Under the pieces are notes generated by a model. That model ran no database searches. It was given only the letters and a program-made list of their open reading frames with translations, and was not told the origin of the DNA. Made by a program: the position numbers and the translations under genes. Positions 9,052-18,851 of a DNA stretch of 46,073 bases are shown here, in pieces. Origin of the DNA: Ignavibacteriota bacterium (lineage in GTDB: Bacteria; Bacteroidota; Ignavibacteria; UBA10030; UBA6906). Position 1 is the first letter of the stretch. Each line of letters starts with the position of its first letter. The DNA lies in NCBI GenBank assembly GCA_003162635.1, contig PMNE01000109.1, positions 10,719 through 56,791 of the forward strand. Direction: 5' to 3'.

Positions 9052-9585
9052 TCAATCGCCTTCAAATGCGGTAAGCGAGAAGACGTCGCGCGGCGCCAGG
9101 CGCTCGCGCCCTTTGAGAGATGTCAGCTCGACCAGGAAGCAGAGACCGACGATGGACCCGCCGAGCCGTTCGACCAACCGGCAACCTGCGAGCATCGTTC
9201 CGCCGGTGGCGAGAAGATCGTCGTGCAGGAGCACCCGCTGTCCCGCCACAATCGCATCGTTATGAATCTCGAGTGCGTCCGTTCCGTACTCGAGGGAGTA
9301 GCGTTCCTGCGCAGCGGGGGCGGGCAGTTTCCCGGGCTTGCGGAGGGGGACAAAGCCCACCCCCAACCGGTACGCGAGGACGGATCCCAGGATGAATCCG
9401 CGGGATTCAACCCCGACAACGATATCGATCTTCGCTGAACGGTACCGGTCGTAGAGGAGGTCGACGGCCTTATGAAAAGCGGGCCCGTCCTTCAATAATG
9501 TCGTGATGTCGCGAAACATGATCCCCTTTTTGGGGAAATCGGGGACAGTACGGATCTTGTCAAGCAGTTCAGCGGAGGTCGTCAT
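9052..9585 (-). CDS. apt: Adenine phosphoribosyltransferase
   Basis: PDFPKKGIMFRDITTL, ESRGF, RKPGKLP, YSLEYG, DDLLATGGT. Confidence 0.97.
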   Translation of the reverse strand: MTTSAELLDKIRTVPDFPKKGIMFRDITTLLKDGPAFHKAVDLLYDRYRSAKIDIVVGVESRGFILGSVLAYRLGVGFVPLRKPGKLPAPAAQERYSLEYGTDALEIHNDAIVAGQRVLLHDDLLATGGTMLAGCRLVERLGGSIVGLCFLVELTSLKGRERLAPRDVFSLTAFEGD

Positions 9586-9589
9586 CGTG

Positions 9590-10372
9590 TCACCAGGTCA
9601 CTTTCTTTTTTGCGAGGAACGCATCTACCCCCTGTTTGCAGTCCTGTGTCATGCGCGCCGTAGCGTTCATATTCGCGGCAAAATCAAGACCATCGTGGAA
9701 ATTCATCCCGTGCAGCCGGGCCAGCGTCTCTTTGATCAGGGCCATGGACGCCCCGCTGTTCTGCTCCGCCAATTCCTCGGCAAGTTGTGCCGCGCTTGTC
9801 TCCAGAGTGGAGTGAGGCACAACGCAGGTGACGAGTCCGAGGGCACATGCCTCATCGGCAGTGATGGTATTCCCCCTCAGGGCAAGCTCACGGGCTCTTC
9901 CTTCCCCGATCCTCTTGACCAGGAAGACGAGAACAACGGCGGGAATAAAACCGATGTGGACTTCGGGATAGCCGAACGCGGCATGCTCTTGAGATGCCAG
10001 GACAAAATCGCACACGCACGTGAGACCGCACCCGCCGGCAAGCGCCGGACCGCCGACGACAGCGATGACAGGTTTGCGGAGTTCATAGATGAACTTGTAG
10101 AGATGAGCGAGGCGGGAGGAATCGGCCCTGTTCTCTTCCAGATCGCTCTTCGCGATACGCCGGAGGGAGTCGAGGTCGGCCCCGGCGCAGAACGCCGGGC
10201 CCTCCCCCTTGAGCGTCACGGTTTTGACTGCAGGATCTCTCGCCGCAGAGGTGAACGCCCCGATGAGCTCCCGAATCATGTCATCATCGAGAGCGTTGCG
10301 TTTCTCGGGACGCCGCATAGTGATCGTCGCGTGCCGCCCGGCGACAGCGTACGCGATCCTGATGAAGTCCAT
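9590..10372 (-). CDS. Enoyl-CoA hydratase/isomerase (methylglutaconyl-CoA hydratase-like)
   Basis: RPEKRNAL, FCAGADL, ALAGGCGL, PEVHIGFIPA. Confidence 0.88.
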   Translation of the reverse strand: MDFIRIAYAVAGRHATITMRRPEKRNALDDDMIRELIGAFTSAARDPAVKTVTLKGEGPAFCAGADLDSLRRIAKSDLEENRADSSRLAHLYKFIYELRKPVIAVVGGPALAGGCGLTCVCDFVLASQEHAAFGYPEVHIGFIPAVVLVFLVKRIGEGRARELALRGNTITADEACALGLVTCVVPHSTLETSAAQLAEELAEQNSGASMALIKETLARLHGMNFHDGLDFAANMNATARMTQDCKQGVDAFLAKKKVTW

Positions 10373-10378
10373 GAAACG

Positions 10379-10407
10379 AAAGTAGCAAATCGGGGCGGCA
10401 AAAACAA
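10379..10407 (-). promoter_or_regulatory. Putative promoter directly upstream of the hydratase start codon
   Basis: TTGTTT-17 nt-TACTTT (TG-extended), 6 nt before ATG 10372. Confidence 0.45.
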
Positions 10408-10428
10408 GCAACGCTCTCCGCGAAACAG

Positions 10429-10464
10429 ATCGTCCCCCGTCCTTGAGAGTGGACGGAGGACGAT
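10429..10464 (-). terminator. Hairpin downstream of glnA
   Basis: ATCGTCC-CCCGTCC / GGACGG-A-GGACGAT inverted repeat 25 nt after the glnA stop; weak U-tract. Confidence 0.5.
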
Positions 10465-10489
10465 GGAATGTTGCAACCGCGCGAAAAGC

Positions 10490-11917
10490 TTAGACGTCGT
10501 AGTACAATCCGAATTCGTACGGATGCGGACGGAGCGCCATCGGCTTGACCTCCTTGTCGAACTTGTAGGAGATCCATGTTTCGATGACATCGGTCGTAAA
10601 GATGTCGCCGCGGAAGAGGAAGTCGTGGTCCTTCTCGAGCGCCTTGAGCGCCTCCTCCAGGGATCCCGGAGTTGATGGAACCTTGGCCAGCTCTTCGGGC
10701 TCAAGATCGTAGATATCCTTGTCCAGCGGTTCGCCCGGATCGATCTTGTTGACGATGCCGTCGATCCCCGCGAGCATCAACGCGGAGAAAGCCAGGTACG
10801 GATTGCATGCTGCATCGGGGCAGCGGAATTCCAGCCGTTTCGCCTTCGGGTTGGGTGAATACATCGGAATACGAACCGACGCACTCCGGTTCCGCTGCGA
10901 ATAGGCCAGGTTCACGGGAGCTTCGAACCCGGGGACCAGACGTTTATACGAATTGGTCGTGGGGTTCGTTATCGCGCAGAGGGCGGGAGCATGCTTCAGA
11001 AGGCCGCCGATGTAATGGAGGGCCATATCGCTCAGGTTCGCATAACCATTGCCGAAAAAGAGCGGCTTCCCGTCTTTCCAGAGACTCTGATGCACGTGCA
11101 TCCCCGATCCGTTGTCGCCGAAGATCGGCTTCGGCATGAAGGTGACGGTCTTCCCGCGCTTCCGGGCGGTATTCTTGATGATGTATTTGAAGAGAAGCAG
11201 ACCGTCGGCGCACTTCACCAGAGGTTCGAACCGCATGTCGATCTCCGACTGCCCCGCAGTGGCTACTTCATGGTGCTGCGCCTCGATGTCCAGTCCTGCG
11301 CCGATCAGATTGGCGGTCATTTCGCTGCGCAAATCCTGGAGCTGGTCCGTCGGCGGCACGGGGAAGTACCCCTCCTTGTACCGCGGCTTGTATCCGAGGT
11401 TCGGGCCCTCGTCACGGCCGGAGTTCCACCGTCCTTCGACCGAATCGATGAAGTGATAGCTGCTATGCTCGTTGGTGTCGAACCGGATGCTGTCGAAGAT
11501 GAAGAATTCAGCTTCCGGACCGAAGTATGCAGTGTCGGCGAGTCCCGTGGACTTCAGGTATGCCTCTGCCTTGCGCGCGATGCCACGGGGACAGCGGCCG
11601 TATTGCTCCTTCGTGATGGGGTCGAAGACGTCGCAGATGAAACTGAGCGTCTTGGCCTCGCAAAACGTATCCATGAACGCCGTCGTCGGATCCGGAACGA
11701 TCAGCATGTCGCTTTCGTTGATCGCTTTCCATCCACGGATGCTGGAACCGTCAAAGCCGAATCCGTCCTCGAATGATGATTCTTCGAGCTTGCTGACCGG
11801 CACGGAGAAGTGCTGCCATTGGCCCGGAAGATCAATGAACTTCAAATCGACCATCGTGACCCCTGCGTCTTTGATCTGCTTAAAGACGGAAGAGATGCTC
11901 GCAGTGTTCTTTGCCAT
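10490..11917 (-). CDS. glnA: Glutamine synthetase type I-beta
   Basis: [50 protein letters not shown]; adenylylation-site region KDIYDL. Confidence 0.98.
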   Translation of the reverse strand: MAKNTASISSVFKQIKDAGVTMVDLKFIDLPGQWQHFSVPVSKLEESSFEDGFGFDGSSIRGWKAINESDMLIVPDPTTAFMDTFCEAKTLSFICDVFDPITKEQYGRCPRGIARKAEAYLKSTGLADTAYFGPEAEFFIFDSIRFDTNEHSSYHFIDSVEGRWNSGRDEGPNLGYKPRYKEGYFPVPPTDQLQDLRSEMTANLIGAGLDIEAQHHEVATAGQSEIDMRFEPLVKCADGLLLFKYIIKNTARKRGKTVTFMPKPIFGDNGSGMHVHQSLWKDGKPLFFGNGYANLSDMALHYIGGLLKHAPALCAITNPTTNSYKRLVPGFEAPVNLAYSQRNRSASVRIPMYSPNPKAKRLEFRCPDAACNPYLAFSALMLAGIDGIVNKIDPGEPLDKDIYDLEPEELAKVPSTPGSLEEALKALEKDHDFLFRGDIFTTDVIETWISYKFDKEVKPMALRPHPYEFGLYYDV

Positions 11918-11999
11918 AACTTGTCCCTTTGGTGAATGAGTAGTGTTGGAAATGTACGTTCACAATCCTGCGGGCGTCCGAAATGCCGTACGCGCCATG

Positions 12000-12461
12000 C
12001 TATTTCGTTGCCTCCACCTTGATCCGCATCGTCTCTTTCGTGCTGGAAAGGACGAGGTTGGTTCTCGTTCCCCCGACGCCGGGCCACGCCTGGATCTTGG
12101 CCAGAAGCCGCTCCAGACTCCCCGTGTTCGTCGTCCGGATTTTCAGCAGGTGCGATCCCTCCCCTGTGACGGCATGACACTCCAGGATCTCATCCACCGC
12201 ATGCGCATGCTCGATGAATTGCGCGTAGTGCTTTGAGGAATCCACGGAGACGAGAATGAATGCGGTCACATCCCTCCCCAGCTTCTTGGGATCCACCGTC
12301 GCATGATATCCGGTGATGTAGGCGTTTTCTTCAAGTTTCCGCAGACGCTCGCTCACGGATGGGAGCGAAAGCCCAACCGATTCCGCCAGATCGTTCCGCC
12401 GCGTCCTCCCCTTCTTCTGGAGAATCTCCATAATCTTCACATCTATTTCGTCAAGGACCAT
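12000..12461 (-). CDS. Lrp/AsnC family transcriptional regulator
   Basis: LDEIDVKIMEILQ...LAESVGLSLPSVSERLRKLE HTH; ECHAVTGEGSHLLKI RAM domain. Confidence 0.93.
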   Translation of the reverse strand: MVLDEIDVKIMEILQKKGRTRRNDLAESVGLSLPSVSERLRKLEENAYITGYHATVDPKKLGRDVTAFILVSVDSSKHYAQFIEHAHAVDEILECHAVTGEGSHLLKIRTTNTGSLERLLAKIQAWPGVGGTRTNLVLSSTKETMRIKVEATK

Positions 12462-12603
12462 GGAGGCACCTGATATCCTTCTCGTGCGAATCGCTGTCTC
12501 TCCCTCATCACGGCCCCCTTCGCCGCGCTCGTACAGACGGATCGGGGGCTCCCCGGAGCCGGGAGACCTACATAACTAAGGTATTATCGTATATTTAACT
12601 TCA

Positions 12604-12632
12604 AATATAAGGCAAAGAAGGGTATTTGTCAA
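12604..12632 (-). promoter_or_regulatory. Strong sigma70-type promoter for lrp(-glnA)
   Basis: TTGACA-17 nt-TATATT in an AT-rich island; TATATTTG also matches the Bacteroidota TAnnTTTG -7 box. Confidence 0.75.
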
Positions 12633-12692
12633 GACTTTTTTAAAGAATCGCGTGACGAGAGGCACAGCGAAGCGAGAGAGCGGGGGGAACAA

Positions 12693-13367
12693 CTAGCTCC
12701 CCTCGGCAGCCTTACGGAGCGACCGGACGGCTCCAGGTATATCGGGGGAACCGAAAATGGCGTTCCCCGACACGAGGACGCGTGCCCCCGCTTCGACCAC
12801 TGACCTGGCCGTCCGCGCGTCGATGCCGCCATCCACTTCAAGCATGACGCCGGGCTTCACCGCGCGAATCATCTCCGCAGTCTCCGCGACCTTTTGGACC
12901 GAGGAAGGAATGAATGATTGTCCGCCGAAACCCGGGTTCACCGACATCACAAGGACCATGTCAACATCCCCCAGGACCGCCGAGAGCAAGCGCACGGGCG
13001 TTGCGGGGTTGACGCACACACCCGCCTTCGCCCCGAGCGCTTTGATTGCCTGGATGGTGCGGTGAAGGTGCGGGCACGTCTCATAGTGGACGGTGATGAT
13101 GTCCGCCCCGGCCTCGCGGAACGCTTCCAGAAAGCGCTCCGGTTCCACAATCATCAGGTGGGCGTCAAACGGGAGCGAGGTCAGACGGCGCAAAGAGGCG
13201 ATCACCGGGGGACCGAACGTAATGTTGGGAACGAACCGGCCGTCCATGACGTCGAGGTGCAGCCAGTCGGCCCCCCCCGCTTCCGCCTGCGCAATCTGCC
13301 CCCGCAGGTCCGCAAAGTCCGCGGCCAGGAGTGAGGGCACGATAGTAAGTTTCACCTGCTTCTCCAT
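12693..13367 (-). CDS. rpe: Ribulose-phosphate 3-epimerase
   Basis: PSLLAADF, HLDVMDGRFVPNITFG, DAHLMI, MSVNPGFGGQ, EVDGG. Confidence 0.97.
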   Translation of the reverse strand: MEKQVKLTIVPSLLAADFADLRGQIAQAEAGGADWLHLDVMDGRFVPNITFGPPVIASLRRLTSLPFDAHLMIVEPERFLEAFREAGADIITVHYETCPHLHRTIQAIKALGAKAGVCVNPATPVRLLSAVLGDVDMVLVMSVNPGFGGQSFIPSSVQKVAETAEMIRAVKPGVMLEVDGGIDARTARSVVEAGARVLVSGNAIFGSPDIPGAVRSLRKAAEGS

Positions 13368-13402
13368 GAACGTCTCCCGGAAGGGCGGTTCTCCCCGATC
13401 GA

Positions 13403-14188
13403 TCACTTGTTGGGCAATGCGATTTCTTCTTCCGGTTTCCCCGCCTTCACGACGAAGAGATCGACCTTCTGTCCTGCGAGGGCTGCATCGCCGGCGCGAG
13501 GAAATTGCTCGACAATCGTGTTCGGGACAAGTTCGTAGCTCGGCTGATACGTGATGTTCCCGACACCCAATCCGACAGTTCCGAGGATCCTCTGTCCCTC
13601 CGTCACCGTCTTCCCAACGAGGTTCGGTACGAGAGTGCTGCCGGCCACCACCCGCCCGCTGCTGACGGTAATGTCGACACGAGCTCCCCGCGGGATCCGC
13701 AGTTCGGCGGAGAAGGACTGGGCAATGATCGTGTTTTCGGGATATTGATCGGACGGCTGAAACGTCGTGTTGCCAAGCCGCAACCCCACCCGTTCCAGCG
13801 CGAATTTTGCATCGCGCATCGAGTGACCGCGCAGCAGCGGAACGATGACCTGAATCTCGCCCCCCGAAACCGTCAGGTAGACCCTTCGTCCGTGATTGAC
13901 CACCGATTCCGCCGCCGGATTCTGAAACACCACCGAACCCACCGGAATCTTCGCGTCGGCACGTGTCTCCGCCTCAATGGGTTGGAGACCTGCCGCTTCG
14001 AGAGTCTTCTCCGCTTGCAGGAGCTGGTCACCTGTCACGTCGGGGACGCGAAGGGTGTTTCCATGGTTGACGTAGAGAGGAAGGAGAACGCTGTTCAGGA
14101 GGACAAAAAGGACGATAAGCCCTGCGCTCACCGCCAGGAGTCTTTGCACCCAGGTCTTTTTGAGAAGCCGAACAACCAACGATGCCAT
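13403..14188 (-). CDS. Membrane-anchored protein with three PASTA domains
   Basis: One N-terminal TM, then VPDVTG / VPLLRG / VPNLVG repeats, each followed by a Q-x-P/S motif. Confidence 0.88.
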   Translation of the reverse strand: MASLVVRLLKKTWVQRLLAVSAGLIVLFVLLNSVLLPLYVNHGNTLRVPDVTGDQLLQAEKTLEAAGLQPIEAETRADAKIPVGSVVFQNPAAESVVNHGRRVYLTVSGGEIQVIVPLLRGHSMRDAKFALERVGLRLGNTTFQPSDQYPENTIIAQSFSAELRIPRGARVDITVSSGRVVAGSTLVPNLVGKTVTEGQRILGTVGLGVGNITYQPSYELVPNTIVEQFPRAGDAALAGQKVDLFVVKAGKPEEEIALPNK

Positions 14189-14245
14189 GCGCAATGGGAA
14201 GCGGTCGATTGATCCAGGCCCGCACATACCAACAATCACTGCTCC

Positions 14246-14274
14246 AATATAGCAAATCGTGACGGGATTCACAA
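14246..14274 (-). promoter_or_regulatory. Putative promoter for PASTA-rpe
   Basis: TTGTGA-17 nt-TATATT, TG-extended. Confidence 0.55.
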
Positions 14275-14380
14275 GACGCAAACAACTTGCACTCCGGGGA
14301 AAATCTTCGGAACTTTCAGCCTTCCGGTGGCTTGCGGCACCGCCATCCATTTCCGATCCTCTCCAAGAACCCGAGGAACC

Positions 14381-15634
14381 ATGTTTCGTGTGATCGTGCT
14401 TGCGGTCGTCCTGTGCGTTGAAGGAATTGTGTACGTCTCCGCCCGCCGCTGGCTGCGGCAAAGCTGGCCGGACAACCGGGGCATCCAGATTCTGCTGGCC
14501 GGACTGTTTCTCCTGTTCAACGGCACGCTTGCCCTTCTTCTCGTTCTTCACGTGCGGACCACCTGGCTTCCGTCCTGGTTTCTGTATGTCGCAACGGACC
14601 CGTTTTACATCTGGCACGGGGCGGTATTGATTCTCGGCTTCTTCCTGCTCCTTGCCCTGATTCTTACCCTCCTGTTTCGCCTGCTGCGTTGGCTTCTGCA
14701 TGCAACGCCGCTGATCGGCAGGCGGCTCAAAGCGTTCGAACGCCGCCCTGCCATCGTGCAATTCGACAAGTCGCGCCGGGTCTTCCTCCGGCGAAGCGCG
14801 TACGGCCTCGCAGCCGCCTCCTTCGGCAGCGCCGCATACGGTGTGTACGCCGAGAAGGACGATGTCCGCTTTACACGGACGCATATTGCCATTCCCCTGC
14901 TCCCGCCATCCATGGATGGCTTTACGATCGCGATGGCCAGCGATATTCACTCCAGTCCCTTCATGACCAAGGCCGAGATGGACGCGTGCGTCCAGGCGCT
15001 TCTCTCCGTGGATGCCGATGTGATCGTCGTCCCGGGGGACTTCGTCACCAGCGCCACCGAAGAAGTGTATCCGTTTGCGGAGTCGTTCAGCGCGCTTCAC
15101 GCACCGTCGGGCGTGTACGGCGTGATGGGGAACCACGATTTCTTTGCCGCTGATCCTGATCGTGTCGCCCGCGAGGTGAACGACTGCGGCATCCGACTTC
15201 TTCACAACGAGCGCACACTCGTCACGAAAGGGGGAGGGAGCATCGCGTTGGTGGGCATCGACGACGTGGGACGACCGGAACGGGCTTCAGCATATCTCCG
15301 GAGCGCGCTCCGTGGCGCATCCCCCGAAGTGCCGAGCATCCTTTTGTGCCACCGGCCCTATTTCCTCCCGCAAGCCGCGGAGGAAGGCATCGACCTCGTT
15401 CTGAGTGGACACACACACGGCGGACAGATTGTTTTCGGACGGTTCGGCAACGTCACACTGACGCCGGCCCAGCTCTTTTCCCCTTACGTCTGGGGACACT
15501 ACCGCCACGGTGCAGCGCAAATGTTCGTCTCCCGCGGCGTCGGCACGGTCGGGCTCCCCATGCGGATCAATTGCCCGCCCGAGATCGTTGTGATCACACT
15601 TTCGCGCAGCAGAGTGTGGCAGCCGCGTGGTTGA
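14381..15634 (+). CDS. Membrane-bound YkuE-like metallophosphoesterase
   Basis: SDIH, GDFV, GNHD, LCHRP, SGHTHGGQ, SRGVG motifs; 3-4 N-terminal TMs. Confidence 0.9.
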   Translation: MFRVIVLAVVLCVEGIVYVSARRWLRQSWPDNRGIQILLAGLFLLFNGTLALLLVLHVRTTWLPSWFLYVATDPFYIWHGAVLILGFFLLLALILTLLFRLLRWLLHATPLIGRRLKAFERRPAIVQFDKSRRVFLRRSAYGLAAASFGSAAYGVYAEKDDVRFTRTHIAIPLLPPSMDGFTIAMASDIHSSPFMTKAEMDACVQALLSVDADVIVVPGDFVTSATEEVYPFAESFSALHAPSGVYGVMGNHDFFAADPDRVAREVNDCGIRLLHNERTLVTKGGGSIALVGIDDVGRPERASAYLRSALRGASPEVPSILLCHRPYFLPQAAEEGIDLVLSGHTHGGQIVFGRFGNVTLTPAQLFSPYVWGHYRHGAAQMFVSRGVGTVGLPMRINCPPEIVVITLSRSRVWQPRG

Positions 15635-15684
15635 TTCTCTTCTCTTTATTCAATAGTATTTGATATTCATCCTCTTCCATCCTG

Positions 15685-16083
15685 ATGGACCACAAAGTGC
15701 TCGTCCGGCTGGCCCGGTTGGCGAAGAAACACTCCTATTCTCCTTATTCCCGTTTCCGCGTCGGTGCCGCGCTTCTCGCTCGATCGGGAAAGGTGTACAC
15801 GGGCTGCAATATCGAAAACAGTTCCTATGGGCTGACTGTCTGCGCCGAACGAACGGCGATTTTCAAGGCCGTGTCCGAAGGAGTGCGGGGGTTTTCTGCC
15901 ATCGCTATCGCCACCGATGAAGACCGCGGCACCCCGCCCTGCGGCGCGTGCCGCCAGGTGCTTCTGGATCTCGCCGGCGACATCGAGGTCATTATGGTCG
16001 GAAGGAAAGGACCCGCAACGGTCACCACGATGAGCGAATTGCTCCCTTTGCCCTTCGGTGCAACACATCTCGTCAAGGAATAG
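15685..16083 (+). CDS. cdd: Cytidine deaminase (homotetrameric type)
   Basis: PYSRFRVGAA, GCNIENSSYG, CAERTA, PCGACRQ. Confidence 0.96.
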   Translation: MDHKVLVRLARLAKKHSYSPYSRFRVGAALLARSGKVYTGCNIENSSYGLTVCAERTAIFKAVSEGVRGFSAIAIATDEDRGTPPCGACRQVLLDLAGDIEVIMVGRKGPATVTTMSELLPLPFGATHLVKE

Positions 16084-16089
16084 CCGCTT

Positions 16090-16665
16090 ATGAGTGCTCC
16101 CACCTCGCATGATTCACCCCATGATGTGGGATGGATCGAAGTCATCGCCGGATGCATGTTCAGCGGCAAGACAGAAGAATTGATCCGACGCATACGACGC
16201 GCCCAGATCGCACGCCAGGAGGTGGCAATCTTCAAGCCGAAAATCGACAGCCGGTATAGCCCGGACCATATCGTCTCCCATAGTGATGCAAAGCTGCTCT
16301 CCACGGTGGTCGATTCCTCAGCCGATATCTTGCGGCTCGCCGGGAATGCGCAGGTCGTCGGGATCGACGAAGGCCAGTTCTTTGACATGGGCATTGTGGA
16401 CGCGGCGGAGACGCTCGCCAACCGGGGAAAACGCGTGATCATCGCCGGCCTCGATCAGGATTACCGCGGAAAGCCGTTCGAACCCATGCCGCAGCTCCTT
16501 GCCATTGCCGAGTATATCACCAAGACCCTGGCGATCTGCGTCGTCTGCGGCAATCCTGCCGATCGGACACAGCGGACAACCGCAGCAAACGAGAGAGTCC
16601 TCGTCGGGGCAACGGACTCGTACGAGGCCCGATGCCGCCGCTGTTTTGAGCCACCGACAACCTGA
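16090..16665 (+). CDS. tdk: Thymidine kinase
   Basis: [29 protein letters not shown], zinc site CVVC...CRRC. Confidence 0.97.
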   Translation: MSAPTSHDSPHDVGWIEVIAGCMFSGKTEELIRRIRRAQIARQEVAIFKPKIDSRYSPDHIVSHSDAKLLSTVVDSSADILRLAGNAQVVGIDEGQFFDMGIVDAAETLANRGKRVIIAGLDQDYRGKPFEPMPQLLAIAEYITKTLAICVVCGNPADRTQRTTAANERVLVGATDSYEARCRRCFEPPTT

Positions 16666-16683
16666 ACCACGCAGATACCGGCC

Positions 16684-18042
16684 ATGACGCTTCTGTCCGT
16701 TCTCCAAGGCGCTTTCGGGCTCCTCCTCCTCGTGGGGATCGCCTTTGCATTTTCGAACAACAAGAAGATCATCGACTGGCGGCTGGTTCTGGCTGGGTTC
16801 GGACTTCAGCTCGTGTTTGCCGTCCTGATGCTGAAAGGGACGGATCTCGCCGACTACTTCTCCCCCCTTGGCTGGCCCATGCTGGCCTTCGAATGGCTCA
16901 GCGTGATTTTTGTCAGGGTGGTTGGATTCACCACCGAGGGAGCCCGATTCGTGTTCGGCAATCTCGCCGTTGGACCAGGTGCGCAAGGTAGTCTGGGAGT
17001 CTTTTTCGCCTTCCAGGTCCTGCCATCGATCATCTTCTTCGCCGCTCTGATGTCCTTGATGTACTACCTCGGAATCATGCAGCGCATCGTCCAAGCGATG
17101 GCATGGGTCATGGCACGGGTGATGGGGACGAGCGGTGCCGAGTCCTTGTCCAATACGGCGAGTATCTTCGTCGGACAGACGGAAGCCCCGCTGATCATCA
17201 AGCCCTTCTTGAAGACGCTGACACGATCCGAACTGCTGACGATTATGATTGGCGGCATGTGTACGATAGCAGGCGGGGTGATGGCTGCATACGTTCAATT
17301 GCTCGGCTATAGCTATTCCCAGGCACACGGACTGCCGCTCGAGGTGGGGCAGGCGAAATTCGCCGCACAACTTCTTGGGGCGAGTATCATGGCGGCGCCG
17401 GCCGGGCTTGCGATCTCCAAGATTCTGTATCCCGAGACAGGGACCCCGGTGACAAAGGGAAGCGTCCGGATCACCATCGAACGTCCGGCGTCCAATGCCA
17501 TCGAAGCCGCCGCCGCGGGCGCCACCGACGGCCTCCAGCTCGCCTTGACTGTCGGTGCGATGCTCATCGCGTTTATCGCATTGATCGCGATGTGTAATGC
17601 AGTGCTGACATGGCTCGGGGACGTGACAGGAGCCAATGCTCCCCTCATGACCGCCTACGGCCAACCCCTTTCGCTCCAGCTGATCTTCGGGGTTGTCCTC
17701 CAATATCTTGCCTTTGCCATCGGCGTCCCCTGGTCAGAGGCACTCCATGTCGGCTCCGTGATCGGGACGAAACTCGTCCTGAACGAGTTTGTCGGATACA
17801 CCGATCTTGCTGCGCTGATCTCCGCCCACAAGATCGTGTCGGAGAAGGCGATCATGATTGCTACGTTCTCTTTGTGCGGGTTCGCCAACTTTTCTTCCAT
17901 CGCCATTCAAATCGGCGCCATCAGTCCGCTGGCGCCGGAGCGACGAAAAGACCTCGCCTCCCTCGGCCTCCGGGCGGTTCTCGGCGGTACTCTGGCGAAC
18001 CTGATGACCGCGACGATTGCGGGAATGTTTTTCGGATCCTGA
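16684..18042 (+). CDS. nupC: Concentrative nucleoside transporter (CNT/NupC)
   Basis: FAFQVLPSIIFF, IFVGQTEAP, LNEFVGY, LCGFANFSSIAIQIG. Confidence 0.95.
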   Translation: MTLLSVLQGAFGLLLLVGIAFAFSNNKKIIDWRLVLAGFGLQLVFAVLMLKGTDLADYFSPLGWPMLAFEWLSVIFVRVVGFTTEGARFVFGNLAVGPGAQGSLGVFFAFQVLPSIIFFAALMSLMYYLGIMQRIVQAMAWVMARVMGTSGAESLSNTASIFVGQTEAPLIIKPFLKTLTRSELLTIMIGGMCTIAGGVMAAYVQLLGYSYSQAHGLPLEVGQAKFAAQLLGASIMAAPAGLAISKILYPETGTPVTKGSVRITIERPASNAIEAAAAGATDGLQLALTVGAMLIAFIALIAMCNAVLTWLGDVTGANAPLMTAYGQPLSLQLIFGVVLQYLAFAIGVPWSEALHVGSVIGTKLVLNEFVGYTDLAALISAHKIVSEKAIMIATFSLCGFANFSSIAIQIGAISPLAPERRKDLASLGLRAVLGGTLANLMTATIAGMFFGS

Positions 18043-18851
18043 TGCCCTTCAACCATACACACATTGATGCGTCCCTCCGGCATATCCGCGCGCAGACCGA
18101 TAGTACACCCGATATCGCCCTGGTGCTGGGATCAGGCCTGTCGGATTATGCGGACACATTGCATGCGTCGGCATCCGTGGCGACGCATGCAATCCCCTAC
18201 TACCCCAGGCCGACTGTTCCCGGCCACAGGGGGAATCTCGTCTTTGCCCGCCTCGGCGCACACCGACTCCTTCTTTTTCAGGGACGCGTTCATTTCTACG
18301 AATCGAACGACTACAGCCAGGTCCTCTATCCCGTAGCGATTGCCCACCATTTGGGTGCGCGAATTCTCATCGCAACGAACGCCGCAGGGGGAATCAACCC
18401 ATTATTCTCCTCCGGGGATCTGATGCTCATCGAAGAACAAATTGATCTCACCCTTCACGGAGTCACCTCCGGAGAGACACGGGGTCGGCGGGAGCCGATC
18501 TTCGATTGCTTCCTGAAATCCGTTGCCGCCGAGACGGCACGGAATGATGGAATTCCCATGAAGCGCGGCGTGTATGTTGCTGTCAAGGGACCTACGTACG
18601 AGACTGCCGCTGAAGTGGAAATGATCCGAAGATGCGGAGGTGATGCAGTAGGAATGTCAACAGTGAAGGAGACCGAACTCGCGGCCGACTATGGAATGCA
18701 GGTGCTCGGTATCTCCTGCATTACGAACAAGGCAACCGGACTCGGATCAAGCAAATTGAATCATACGGATGTGACGGAAGCAGGCAGGCGTGTCCGTGAT
18801 TCACTTTCCCAGCTTCTCACGCACATCATCGAGGCGCTCCCCCCCTCCTGA
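18042..18851 (+). CDS. punA: Purine nucleoside phosphorylase (trimeric PunA/XapA type)
   Basis: LVLGSGL, VPGHRG, QGRVHFYE, TNAAGG, GPTYETAAE, VGMST, SCITN; TGATG coupling to nupC. Confidence 0.92.
   Translation: MPFNHTHIDASLRHIRAQTDSTPDIALVLGSGLSDYADTLHASASVATHAIPYYPRPTVPGHRGNLVFARLGAHRLLLFQGRVHFYESNDYSQVLYPVAIAHHLGARILIATNAAGGINPLFSSGDLMLIEEQIDLTLHGVTSGETRGRREPIFDCFLKSVAAETARNDGIPMKRGVYVAVKGPTYETAAEVEMIRRCGGDAVGMSTVKETELAADYGMQVLGISCITNKATGLGSSKLNHTDVTEAGRRVRDSLSQLLTHIIEALPPS

Noticed and set aside
11918-11999. glnA (glutamine) riboswitch upstream of glnA
   Set aside because: No recognisable consensus by eye; an Infernal scan would be needed
14189-15205. N-terminal ~340 aa of the 600-aa track ORF 13403-15205
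   Set aside because: Antisense to the metallophosphoesterase; a promoter-like element at 14246-14274 supports a PASTA gene start at 14188
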